Shown: one piece after another, positions 25,427 to 39,300 of the stretch
Layout: every line of letters starts with the position of its first letter
How positions within the stretch are numbered: the first letter of the stretch is position 1
Assembly (NCBI RefSeq): GCF_000143415.4
Contig: NW_003314327.1
Location: 733,403 to 797,402, forward strand
Origin: Selaginella moellendorffii
Lineage: Eukaryota; Plantae; Lycopodiophyta
Direction of reading: 5' to 3'
Length of the DNA stretch: 64,000 nt
Position numbers and translations under genes: made by a program
Notes under the pieces: generated by a model
What the model saw: the letters and a program-made list of their open reading frames with translations, nothing else
What the model was told of the DNA's origin: nothing
The model's database searches: none

Positions 25427-28400
25427 CTAGCAACCAAGCTAACCAAAGTCGAAGATACTTTAGTTAGTATCCAAGATCAATTCTTCAATAATACTCAGCT
25501 ACAGATAACACTTCATCAATGAGTGATTCACCACATCCAAGACTCAATGAAATTCAACACCACAGACTAAACGTAACCAAATGATATCGATAAAGGTAGA
25601 ATCGATATGATAACATAGAAAACCCATATAAGTCTAACAACATGATCCTCCGCAACACCATCCGGCAAAGTAAACCCATCACTGCTAAATCATCATCGAG
25701 TGAAGCAAGTGTCACAGTCTTTGATGAAGTCTACAAGCAATCACTAGTCGCAAAACAACCAACAATCACTCTTCAACTTGCTTTCACAAGGCCCAAACAC
25801 TAAACTCATGCCATTAAGTCATATATTTGTCCAATATGAATGTAATACCTCATGGACAAGATAAAGATTCATAGACAAGCATAAACTAAATGACCACTTG
25901 AATCTAACTCAACCGCAATAAGCTCACCAATGCATTTAGCCACTAGCTCTGAGCATGCCTTGAAGAGGCTAGCTATGTGTGATTAACACTTAGTCAGAAC
26001 TAAAGTGAAGACCACGAGATGGACTCCTATCGGTACACAACTTCCACTTTGACAAGGTATAATATAGGTACTAACATCTCAACCTCAAACAACTAAGTTG
26101 AACATCACCATCCTTAGCCAAGGCGCAAAACCACCAAGACCAAATCAAGATCAGTGAGAGCTCATTACTCTTATAGAGTCTAACGAAATGCAAGGTGCAA
26201 CCTACCACCAAGCTGAACACTATAGAAGAAAGGCACAAGGGTCACCTTTCTAGAAAAATGCAATGGCCACCTTTCTACACCAACTCCAGACTCTATCCAA
26301 CTCAATTGCCTTAGCCCCAAAAGTCAGCATCCCTTTCAGGCCGCATCATACAAACTATCTACTAGAATCTAAGCCAATTGAAGTCAACTCCAACCCCTTC
26401 ACTAGTTTGTACTAGCTTTATGAAAACATAATGGTTTTTGAGCAAAGTGATCAATAGATCAGCCATTGAAAAAGTCTAAGAAAATTTGTGGAAAATTTCC
26501 ATCTTAGAGAAAGAATGACTCTTAGTCTAGGACTGTAAACTTTCAAGACTCAACCAACTTCCTCCTACTAACAACTTCACATAAGTTCATTTTAACACAA
26601 TATCTCATGACCCATAGTATGCTTAAGTCTCGAACATCTTTTTTTGCCCATACTTCTGACATCTAACACTGACATCCGCAAAATGCAAAATGAACATCCA
26701 AGGTTTGATCACGAAGACCATATCTTTGGACATTCATAATGCACTAACACTCTTCTTCAACCACCTTCAAGATCCAATGTGAAGCCAAAACACTAACAAG
26801 AAAAATGACATAGAAAATCAAGTTAAGGAAAATTCCTCATCACTTGAACAATAATGCCACTTCCACTAACACAAGTGCTAGCGATGTCAATACCTCAATT
26901 ACACACTTTCTCCATAGAATAATTTACTCCAAGTGTTAACAGATCAACCGACAAGCCATAGCAAGTGAATGCTACAACCCTTTTCCAACACCTCAATGGG
27001 CAAACTTAAGGAACAAACTTAAGCTTAGCATAATGAACCATCATCGAGAATCCAGTCAAAGCTACTACAATGCTACTTTATGCAAGTAGACTAGCTTCAC
27101 CATTAACCACTTTGGGGTTGATCATCGTTTAACAAAGCAACTTCGTAAACATATCGCTCATTATCACATGGATATGATATAAGTATCACAATGACTTGGT
27201 CATCAATTGAGCAACACCACGAGCAACACCCATGTCATTACTTCAAAGGTTTATGTGACTATCAAGTGCCAACTCGATCGACAAAATGCAACATAAATGC
27301 CACACTCCACTAATAGAGATTTACAACACTGAACACCACTAACTTTTGTTCACAACATGGACAAGCTCAAGCCACTCTCTATCCGACTAAACTCAACACT
27401 AATCTAACACCAAGTTACTCAAGGAGCAATAGCAAAGTTCCCTAGAAAAGAATTGAGCATTGCAACCCAAGTCTTCAATAGCAAACCTAGACAAAATGGT
27501 ATAGCGCTTCACCACTATCCATCCCTTGGCTCACCATTTGCAAGACCATCATTTTCCATATGCACCAAGATAGGCAATCTTTATTGCATAATGTGACCAC
27601 GAGCAATAAGTTATACCTTGCTGCGAATCATCTCTCCAAGAAGAGAAAATGATTTACATGTTTGATCCTTCGTCCTTGACGACTTTCTTTTCGGTCTCAT
27701 TTTTTACTAAACCTCAAGCTTGCGTTCGCACTGCCTTCAGTCCAATCCAAGAAAAGTTTATGAGAGAGCATGACAATGATTATTTGAATCAATAGACTCA
27801 TCCCTACAGTCTTAGTTAATCCACTTGTAATCATGCCTAGGAAGGATCCACTAGTGCTGTGCTAAATAGCTACGGACTAGCATATTTACCACTCATAGCA
27901 AACCCAGGGAAAGTTTACTTTCACCCTTGGTACATGGAACAACTCATAGAACCACCGATAGGCTAACATTAATCCTGCCAACTCAAAGTGTATCCTCGAG
28001 TTACTAATGCGCCTCACTCACGAGTCCAAGCTCAAACTCGTGCGAACAGAACAACTCAATCCCTCTTGTGAGCCCAAGCTCAAGCTCACAGAATATGGTA
28101 CAACAAGGGAACCAAATCCATACTCAAGGAACGAATGTGAAGCCTTTGCACCAAACATGTACCCACTTGAATCATCATTTTCATCTCTGTGTATGCAATG
28201 AGACTAGTTGCCCAATCTCATTGTATAGTACTCGCTGAGACGTATCCTCTGATGCCAAATGTAGCGCATGTGGTTTTTACATTTTATCCTATAGTGATTT
28301 ACCATAGGATAAAACCACGAAGCGGAACCTAAACCCTCTTTATGCCACGTGACACATGCCAAGTGTCATATACCACGTGTCCAAAGGACAGTGGTGCAGA

Positions 28401-30439
28401 ACCCGAGGTTCAAGGCCTTGGGCCACTGAACAAAGGAACGGTGCCAAACTCCCAAGCATGGAGCCAAGGATGATGGAACCAAACCATGGAGCAACTCCCA
28501 AGCATACAGCCCAAGGAGCGAAGGGACAGGAGGCCAGAGCGACTTGGAACAGTCCTAGAGCAACTAGCATCCCATTGCCAGGACTAGCACTCAAAACGGA
28601 GCCAAACAGAGTCTGGTGCTATTTCGGCATACTGGTGGCCTAACGCAAGGACATGGGTATTCCATCAGCTAGCATGGAATGGAACTTGGGCTTAGACCCA
28701 AGCCAGACGCAGAATAAGGACAAGCACGCAAGCAAGAGCTATATTATGCCTCAGGTTGGTCAGCCATGCCCGACCTACCCACTATCCCTACTATACATTT
28801 GGAACCCCCCACAGCCCCCCCCCCCCCCCCCCCCCACCTTGAGGAACACATGCTTTGGGCTTTCACCCCAAGCCTCCTTTAGTATCAGGAGTTAGTCTCT
28901 GGGACAAGCTCGAAACTTACTAAATATGGAATGTCCCTAGATTGCGAATTTGGACACGGAACGAACACCATTGTGTTTAGAACAATCTCTACATTCCGTA
29001 GATATGCACAAAGGGCATGATAGCGAGGGTGTTTGGCAGACACAGTAAACTATCATCCAACGATATTGAGGGACTAGTCTCAATACACGAGGGTTCTTGT
29101 CAAGCCAGTGCAAGACAGAGCAAAAGAGAACTAAAAGCTAGGCCAAGTATGTTTGGCTAAATAGACACTTAGGAATTCCGTCCTTATGCTCATCCGGCTA
29201 AGTACAGATGCAAAATCCAGTTTACTAACACTTGAACAAAAGGGACTGATAAAGGGTCTAGCAATATCGACCTCTTGCCATCGTGCCAGTAAGGTAAGAG
29301 TGTCCGTAAGGACTAGCCGACAGGTAACTTTCGATACCCGAAATCACATTCGCGACACTTAGTCACTAAGCAAAAGGACTATTCCTTTTCCTTTCCATAA
29401 TCTGTGACTTTGGGATGACATTTCGGAACACCATAACCCTATAAGAGCTTTGTGGTACTCTCCCCACCTTCTCCCTTTGAGTGTCCTAGCCATGTTGATA
29501 GAGCAAGGTTCTGATAAACCATGCTAAGTAACTAAGTAGATAGTGCCACCCACACTTGGATTGGGAGCATCGACCATTCGATCCCCCTAGGGAGCTAAAA
29601 CCAGATCTTGAACACTTCACCAAGCTACATAATTTGTCTGTCTTCATTCACTTTATCTTGGGACTCTTTAGTGGTTATATCGTCATCCACCAAGTGGGTG
29701 TAGCCTTCCTAGGTCACACTAGCCTTTTCTTGGCTAAATTGGTTCTACTGGAGTCCAAACCTTACACTCTCTCTACTATACTTTTGGAACCCTTTGCAGC
29801 CCCCCACGATCGCTTTGGGTTTTCACCCACAACTTGTATTAGTATTCAAACTAGGGAGTTCAAAGTTAGGAGTGGCAATATGCTTCATTGGTTTGAAGGG
29901 GCACAAAGTCTGACTATAGGCCTAGTATAGAGATGCATTAGATGTCAAGGACAATATAGTTGGGGTATGTGAGTCATGTGGGACAAGATAGGTGTTGAAG
30001 TTGGTATGTCTATTTAGGAGGTTATGGGCCATGAGCATTGGGCGGTATAGTGAGCGATAGGAGTATTGGCATTTTGGGAGGCATGCAATCACTATCACTT
30101 TGACGGACAACAAGTGAAGATTTCAGCTATTGTGGCTATGTGGTAGAAATTTACTTTGGCAATTGTGCACCTTCACTATGCCATTCTGAAGGAATGAGTG
30201 AAACCTAAGTGGCTTGGAGAATGGTGAAGCTAGTGGCTCTTGTATTTTAGTAAGATGGTCGACAACAAGGTTCGCTACATGGAGGGCATTTGGACATTGA
30301 CATGATCCACAAGAAACATCCATGTCCACTTTTACTTCAGAACTAGATCCATGTGAAATATGAGAAGAGTAGCTTAAAGGGTAGTAAGCCAGATTTTTGT
30401 ATTAGCCTCCTTGAGATATTGAAAAATATACATACAAGT

Positions 30440-30778
30440 TCACTAAAATAAGACTTTGCATATGAGGAATGATAGTGCAAGTGTCTTGGTAGACATGGTA
30501 AGTTATTATTTAGTGAATACTGAGGGAATATACTCAATATCATAGGGGTTTTTAACATTAACAAGTATAAGTTAACAACATGAGTTTCTCATCACTATGT
30601 CAAGTATGTTTAATTGATAATTTAGAATTTCCTTCCTTAGTGCCTTTCTAGTCTAAGTGCAAATGAATGACTCAACTAGCTTGGGTGGAAATTATTAAAG
30701 GGTATAACAATACCAACCTCCTGCCATTGTTGTAGTAAAAGAAGAATTTCTAAAAAGACTTTAATACTTCACAACACA
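30440..30778 (-). mobile_element. Ancient relic of an A/C-family LTR
   Basis: Degenerate colinear similarity to 15595-15938, e.g. AATACCAACCTCCTGCCAT. Confidence 0.6.
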
Positions 30779-31756
30779 CTTTATCTGCCTAATATTACAG
30801 CATTTGGTTTATCTAAAGAGATCTTTGCCTAGTGGAATGATTGTTGTGAGCTTTGGTATAATATTCAATAGGCCAATATTCTAGAAATTATGCACAATTG
30901 AAGCACTTTGTACAAAGGGATTAAGAATAAATTATACCACTTATAGATCTATCGGTGCTTCCTCTTAATCATTAATAAGAAAACCTTAAATTGCCTTTGA
31001 TCCTTTTAAGAGGAGGGGACCATGTGAAGTTTAAGTGATAATATATATTGTTATTATAATGGGATTTTAATAACCATCAAATTGATTTAAATTCAGACCA
31101 CTCACTCTTGTATATAAGTTAGGGATTTTGGGCTAATTGAATATATACATTTTTGTATTCTATGCACTTACATACCTTTAAATGTGGTATTTAAAATAAT
31201 TTTAATCAATTAATCCCTCCCTGATTGGATCATGTTAGCTTATATAGAAGGTGTTGGAGGGAGTGTTCTAATCTTTTGACAAACTGGAAGACAAAACTAG
31301 AAGACTATAGCATTGTCTCATAGAGTATAATGATTTTACATTCACATATATTATATAGTGGAGTAGAGTTTTATGTAGTGCTCATGGATGCAAATGCCTT
31401 TGTGACAGAAACTCTAGACTAGTCTCTCATTGTTAGAAATATTATGCAATTCCTACTGAGATTGCTCGAATTCTTTGTTCAAGAGTTATGTGTGTCAAGA
31501 GTGTTATCCAAGGACTATATTATAAACATTAAGCAAGGAACTGGAAAGTAGAGGCCAAAGTCTAAGTACAATTTTCCCATCATATCTCTTGATCCTATTT
31601 GGAGGAGTGAGAGAAAACTAAAAACCCTAGCTCTCTTATATCTGGATATTTTAAGTATATTCTTTATACTCTAATCATTTTGAACTTCTACATTAATACA
31701 CATCCCAGGTCTAGGCATATTTAAATTTTAAGTTGAGGTCTAGAAGGGGATCAAGT

Positions 31757-32300
31757 TTAATAGTGAAGCAACATTAACACCATTGGAACTCCATTCTTGG
31801 GAACTAGAGTCCTAGCAACTATGGAGTTGTGATGATAATCAGGTGATGGAATCATTGCAATAAGGAGGCCACAATAATCTTGGCTTGGACTTGAGAGTAA
31901 GCCCGACCATGCAAGCCTGCCCACTATACAAGAATGGCATGAAAGCCATGTGAGCTGCCAAGCTCCTATGCAAAGCACTTGGGATTAAACTCATTTGCGT
32001 CCTCTCCCCACATTTTGGCACTATATTGCATCATGGTATTGTGCACGGATACTAGTATGAAGAGGTGGTTGACATAGCAATCTTTGAGTGCTACTTGATG
32101 AATGATTGGGAACACAGGATGGAGTTGCAACATTTCCATGATATCATCTCAACCTGCTTGGAAGACCATGAGAAAACTATAGAAAGCATACTAGCTTGAA
32201 CTTTTCTAGCACTTTGGCAATGAGCTCCAAGACTTCCACTCAAGCCTTCTCCTGCTATTCTGGATTCACAGCCAGAAGCAGCATAACCCACAAGTACAAC
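31757..32300 (-). pseudogene. Cytochrome P450 (CYP72-clan-like) pseudogene, 3' exons
   Basis: WVMLLLAVNPE*QEKA*VEVLE (paralogous to 400-500), an intron, decayed ExxR, WGEDANEFNP, heme-like FMPFLYSGQACMVG and the terminal TLVPKNGVPMVL. Confidence 0.85.
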
Positions 32301-33392
32301 AAAGTGAGTGAGACATGCCTAGTTGTATAGAAGGTTTTATGATATTAAGCTTGTCATAAGTTGTTGTCAAGCATCACACACTCTTGTAAGCAAGGTTGAT
32401 CCCGATCATTATGAATGGCAACTGCCTGACTAATTGATTGTGGTTATTAATCAGCCGTGAAAGTGTTAAATGGCTGACTGGTTCTTTTTTTTATTTAAAA
32501 AAACATTTTTAGTAAAAGAAAACTAATAAATTTTTTTAAAAAACCAAAACATTAGAAATCAATTACTATTCATTTTCTTCAACAATTTTTAACAACTTCC
32601 TCAACATCTCCAACATCTTCCTCAACAATCCTTACATTCTCATTTGGAAGATCTTCTTTAACTTCCATCTCTAAATCTTTTATACCAATAAATTTAAACT
32701 TAGTTTGCATCTCTACAATCTTCATCCATTATAGTTCTATTGTAATTGTATTAAGATTAATCTCTAAAAATTTCATTCCTTCAATTTCAACACGATCCAC
32801 CACTCTAGTGTTATAACTTCTTCAAGTTCTCGAGAAGCAAGTGATTCCATTATTTGATTTGGATCAAGTTTCAATTACTTCAATTTTGCTTATATGAAGA
32901 AGAATACATTCCTTGTCTCAACACATGAAGTGCAAACTTCCTCAACTCGGGTATCTCATACCTATAGAACTCCCATCAAAACATTGGGAATTTCTTTTTT
33001 GCTTTGCACTTTAGCAAATCCTGATTAATAGCTATTCTAATTCCTCGTCAAAACATATTGAATTATTTATCCAACTTCTCTTTCAGCTAAGTGTCCCTAT
33101 AGCAATAGAGCTATGCATCATAAACCATTGAGCTTTTTGTCTACATTAGTTTTGAACCAAGACACACTTAGTTATATCAATTTTATCTACATCAAACTTG
33201 TTATTTTGAACTATAAGCTCTAATCCTTTAATCATACAATATATTGCTTCATAGATTAAATTTGTTGTTGCACCTTTGTGATTGGCAAGACATAACACCT
33301 TCAAAATAGGAGCTATTATAATCAATAAAGTAGAAACATTCTTCTAAAATTCATCATTAAAAATTATTGTGCAAACATCTTTGGCATCCTTT

Positions 33393-36300
33393 TGTAAGTG
33401 AATAATTTTTCCATTTTACTTTAATCACTTAACCACACCTCTAACCACTTGGAGGAGTCTCACTCACAACATCCATAAATCCTATTTCGGACTTAGGTTT
33501 GCTAGCCCCGAGAATGGCATCCCCGCCACTCAACCTTTGCACTTGGTCCAAGTGCTCCACGTGTCCGATCCCATGACTAACATCCCAAGATACCATTGAC
33601 ATATCAGCCTGTTACGCTAAGGCCATGCCCCTTCACCTTAGTCACACTGATGGTCTAACACCACCTGCATCATAGTCCTGTCTCTCAAAGACTAGACCAT
33701 CCATCCATGAGTGATCATCCCAGATCCACTCCTTAGCATCCTTAAGATGCCCGTAGACATAGGGAATAGCCTTCCCTAATATCCCTTTTCCAATCCCCAT
33801 CAAGTCCCTTTCTGTCCATAGCCGTGTTCACCAACACTACCACTACATCAAGGCCCACAAGCCCGACCATTAAGTCCCATGGTCCTCTGGGACTTCCTCT
33901 TCACATGACCCTATCCTTGGTCTTTACACTGGAGGACTGCTCCTCTTCCTTTTCACAGTCTAGGACTTTGGGGCAACATTTTGGAACATTGTGGCCTTAC
34001 GTGAGCTTTGTAGGTATTTTCCCCGCCTTCTGCCTTTGGGTGCTCTAGCCATGGGCTTAGAGTGAGGTTTTGTTGAGCCACACCAGGTATCCAAGTAGGT
34101 AGTGCCATCCACACTTACACTGGGAGCATCGACCATTCGATCTCCCAGAGGAACTAAAGTTGGCTCTTGAACACTTCACCAAGCTACCCCACTTGTCGGT
34201 CCATATTCACTCTAGTCTTGGAATTCCCAATGGTCAGCTCATCACCTAACACCTAGGTACAGCCTTCCTGGGCCAAACTAGCCTTTCCTAGCCAAACTGG
34301 CTCCACTAGGCTCTAATCTCCACACTCTACCTAGTATAATTTTGGAACCCCCTGCAGCCCCCCCCTAGGGGACGATCGCTTTAGGCTTTCACCCAACAGC
34401 TTATATTAGTATTCGGACTCGGACTTGGACTCGAACTCGAACTCGGACTCAGTCTCAATCCCGGTTTTAGACTCGGACTCGGCCTCGGTCTTGGTCTTGG
34501 TCTCAGTCTTGGTCTCGGTCTCGGTTCCATCTCGGATTCCATCTCAGACTCCATCTTGGGTCCATCTCGGACTCCATCTCGGGTCCATCTCGGACTCCAT
34601 CTTGGACTCCATCTCGGACTCCATCTCGAACTCCATCTCGGACTCCATCTCAGGTTCATCTCGGACTCCATCTCGGGTCCATCTCGAACTCCATCTCGGA
34701 CTCCATCTCAAACTCCATCTCAAACTCCATCTCAGACTCCATCTCGGGTCCATCTTGGGTCCATCTCGGGCTCCATCTCAGGTCCTTTTGTGTCCCTTTT
34801 CTAGAGACTCACTTATCGCTCATTTTGTCCTTGTTCCTCGAGCATTTCGTTGGGAGTTCCCCTCCCGCTCTTGACCTTTCAAGTTGGAGCTTTTGGCCCA
34901 AACGTGTTACACTTGTTTGGCTTTCGCTTCGGCCACTACCATATAGCACCCTTCCGGCTCCACTTTGGGGCTTAAGGATTTTGTGTTTCACAACTCCACC
35001 ACCCATAGACGAAGTTCGATGTCCTTATCTAACAATAAAATATTTGATAAAGTAATACCAATATGTATTACCCTTTCCATTCTTGGCACCTCGCCAATAT
35101 TCGTCAATGGTTTGATACTGAAAGTTCACCATGCCTTGCCCATCCTCTAAGGAGGATATTCTCTCCAACTTAAAGACTAATTGGACCACTTGTGGTGGTT
35201 CTCTTTTTTTATTGGTTTAATTCTCGCTAAACCTATTAGAGACATCATCTCTATCTTAATCCCGCTACTCCTTCTCAAGTAGTCTCAATTTCTATCAATA
35301 TAATCTTTGCACTTTGGAACTTTTACTTTTGACTTCTTAAAGTCAATTTCCTAGGTGTCTCTGACACCTTGTATTGCACATATTGTGCAACTCCACTTCC
35401 CCATCCTAGGAAGTCCTCTACTTGAGGGCACCATCATCCTCTGTTTTATTTCGTGCCACTTTGGGCACTAAATTCCAGTTATCATAATTTGTGCTAGGGC
35501 TATCCATATCCCTATTATTTGGCTACCTTATTGCTCCTTGCCTTAGAGTTTGTATTTTCGCCAAATCAGAGCAATTGGGAATTCATCCTTGGAAACACAT
35601 TGCCTTTTCCACAATTCGTTAGCATTTAACACATTAGTGTTTTTGGCCAACTTTGCTTTTTTGGATTCTTTCCCATAATTCCCATGGCTCTTTTCTTAGC
35701 CACTAGTCTTTTGCTCCTCTCTTTGATTGTTGCACTCAGCAACATCGGATCATTACTTCCTTTCTCGAGGCATCCTTTCGGTTCCATAGCAAAGACTTTG
35801 CTTTGCCAAGTCCAAAGGGTGTTCATCCTTAGTACGTCTCTTTAGCATTTTCTACTGTGGGCTCTATTCCTGGCCCAACTTTGGGACCCTCCCAGGGGTC
35901 TCTTATAAAGACTACTTTCTTCGGATTCCCTATGCCATTGCATTGTCACAAATCATTTCCCTTAGGTGTTCTTCCTACTTGGTCACCTTGACCAAGCTAC
36001 ACCATCATCCATAGTTCAAATCAACATTTTGAACTAGGAACCTTATCCCTTTTACATCACAAGGACTTAGTCTTTATTTTTAGCCATAAGATCACCTTGT
36101 GATTTAACTTTGGCACCTTAACAGGTTTGCTAATAGGTGCTAAGTCCTCCAGACCTTTAAGTTGTTCACCATAACCTCAGGAACATCCCCCACACTTGGC
36201 GGTGCACCCAAGCCAGCCCTTACGGCTCCATAGCAACTAAGATTAAGTATCCCCATCCCATTCACCACGTCCTTGGTGCCACTCACACCAAAGTGTTCAA

Positions 36301-39300
36301 GTTAGATATGCCGAGCCACATTAAGCAATCTAACCGTGCATCACGACTTCGGGGCATCCCTCGCTTAGCAGTGTGCCCAAACCAATCTCCTTACTGAGAA
36401 TCCATGACTACCGAAAAATGAGTGTCCTTATATTTCAAACCATCACCGCGCTCTAGTGAGTTGGGACTCAAACCCAAGCATTAGAGGGTCGAGACTCGAA
36501 CCCGTGTGACTCCCCACGCCAGTGCACCAACTTATAGTTAAAGCACGCTATAAATCACAGCTTAGGAACCTAGTTCCTTTGCACTGCCAAGTCCTCTCAC
36601 TTGACAAGTCTGTGATCATGCATGGACTCCTCTATGCTTGGCCCCATGGGCCACCCCTTTTGGAAGTTGGCACCTTCAACTAGGGGATTTATTCCTCTGA
36701 CTTGCCAATCTCACTTAGTAAGTCATCCGACTAACGTAATATGGTTTCATGCACAAGCGTGAAAGTCCTCGACCATCGACTTTCATTCAAAGCTATCCCT
36801 TTGAGCACTCAGGAACTACTTCCCCAACCTGGATAGCATTGCGTTATGGCAAGCTTCAAGGCCACACTTCTGCTGCGCCACTTTAATTTCGCGCGTTCTA
36901 TGAACCATTTACCCTTGCTAAGGCCTCTCCTTTCGCAAGCTTTTAAATTGTCATATGGTCTAACATAAACAATTCCATGCTTTAGACTCTCCATAGCATC
37001 ACAGTTGCTAGTAACAACATGCTTGAGCACCCACTTGATTCTCCACTCCCAATTGACATAACCTTGGTTATGCAATTCAATTCTTATGGTTTAGTTCTAT
37101 CCCCTTACTACTTGCTTTTAGCCTCACACCTTTCCTTCGGTTATTCTCCTCTAGACTAGGAGGATAACTTTGCACTTTTTACTATGCCGTAGCAAGTATT
37201 CTTAGGGATGAACCTACCTGATAGCCTAGGGAGTGGTTCCTCAATCCGGGTATGCTCAACTTATAATCCCACACACTGGGATTAACGTTACTACTTATGG
37301 GCTTTTATATGCCCATCACTAGCCTTGCCAAAATTCCATTTTGGCTTTATCCAATTCGAGTAGATAATCTTCTTCTGTCTCCACAACCTTGGACATTTGG
37401 ATAACACCTTCTATCCATCATTCGCTAGGAACTTAGTCCCTTAGGCCTTATTTATTACCCTCGCGACACTAAACACCACCTTTTGGTGTCCTAGAGTGTT
37501 TGGGTGTCCCAATGATGGCCTCCTTGACAATGAGCATTTCCTTTTACGACATTGACTCACTATCTCGCAACATAAGAAATTTATCCCATGTAAGGGTATA
37601 TCTAACTTCTTTATGCCATTAAGAAGTCTTGGGTAGCTACCTTCTACCCATTTAACTAATTATTTTGCACTTTTTGCTTAGTTGCTTTGTAGTTGTCAAG
37701 TTCTACAACTCATTGTTTGGTGCTTCCACACCTCCATCATTATCTGGGTCACCACACTCCAACCGCATGCCTTCCAGCTTAGGCTATGCCATTCCCATTT
37801 CCATTAGGATTCCTTTGGGAAGGGGTTCTCGTGAACCTGCCAACTTCATCTTAAGGCATCACGCCTTAGCATATTCGATATCTCCGCACCATCGACTCCA
37901 AGAGCCTACCTTAAGACACTTCTTTCTTGTGTCTAGGTCCTTGCCAAGATCAATGCAATTCTTTCTTATGCCAATTGTCCATTAGCACTGCACTATAGAG
38001 TTTACACATAACTTTGTGTCAAAGTTGTTCTCTTCTGGGAACACCTTTCCCACAACTTTAGTATGGCACATTCTACCATCCATAAGATACCCACTGTTCT
38101 CATACTTGGATCTTATGATCCCCCCGATCCTTCATGGGGCACAACACACCTCAGTCCAAATGCTTTTACCAATCTCTTAGGGCCATTTCTTGACTTTACT
38201 TGAGTCACCTAGCATTTTTGGACTTTGTTAATCCAATGACCCGTGAGGTACTATTTTTGAGGTGTCAGCTCGCTTGAATCCAACTTCATGTATTCGTATC
38301 CTATTCATAAGGACCATGTTTGCAAGTGTTACTCCAACACTTGATTATTTTCCATTCTCTATGGGCTACCTTTGCCCCTTAGGATTATCTGTTCATTTCA
38401 TGAGAATACCGACTTTTCGTTTAAGCATACCCCCAACTCTTTGGGTTTGTTTTAGCATTTCAAGCGCCAACTAGCATTTCAAGGACTCGTGTCCTTATCC
38501 GTATTTGACATCTTAAGGTCTTTAATTCCGGTCTCAAATTCATGAGCACCAGCCTCAACTATATGAGGATAATCTTGTGACTCCGTTATTGTTTTGGAGT
38601 CTCTATTTTTCCCGTAATCCCAACTATAATTATTTACCACAACTACATTAGCCAACTTGCTAAGTCAAATGCTCATCTGGACCACATCCTCAACTCTCTA
38701 AAGAAACCCTTATACTGTTCCCAAGATCCCAAAATCATTCCCTTACTGACCCTTTTCTATTCACCACATCGCACCCAAGTTCACGCATGAACTTGAATGG
38801 AGAGTCATGTCCTCTTGACATGCTACTCCTCAAGGATAGGCCCACTCCTAGGACCTTCCGATGCCAACATCAATGGTGATATGCTTGAGTACCAATAAAA
38901 GTCAGACTAAGGAACAGCTTTGATACCAAGTTGTAAGTGACTAATTTTTCCATTTTACTTTAGTTACTTAACCACACCTCCAACCACTTGGAGGAGTTTC
39001 ACTCACAACCTTTATAAGTCCTATTTCGGACTTAGGTTTGCTAGCCCTGAGAATGGCATCCCCGCCACTTAACCTTTGCACTTGGTCCAAGTGCTCCACG
39101 TGTCTGATCCCATGACTAACACCCCAAGATACCATTGACATATCAGCCTGTTACGCTAAGGCCATGCCCCTTCACCTTAGTCACACCGATGGTTTAACAC
39201 CACCTACATCATAGTCCCGTCTCTCAAAGACTAGACCATCCATCCATGAGTGATCATCCCAAATCCACTTCTTAACATCCTTAGGATGCCCGCAGACATA

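Larger units (their letters stand above)
14799..29357 (-). mobile_element. LTR retrotransposon A (non-autonomous, decayed interior), TSD CTTAG
   Basis: TG...CA LTRs at 14799-15938 and 28260-29357. PBS complement CTCTGATGCCA at 28247-28257. PPT complement CTCTCCCCCCCT at 15939-15950. CTTAG on both sides. Confidence 0.92.
4800..29847 (-). mobile_element. Old decayed LTR retrotransposon B1, host of the nested insertions
   Basis: 4800-6539 and 11623-14270 align by eye with the interior of element B2 (about 35420-38930). Decayed PBS CTCTAATACCA near 14258. The 5' LTR starts at 14272, is split by element A at 14799-29357 and resumes at 29363-29847. Confidence 0.75.

Noticed and set aside
34381-34874. 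ORFs with MESE/SPRW/HLGL repeats
   Set aside because: Translation artefacts of the 6/12-bp tandem array.
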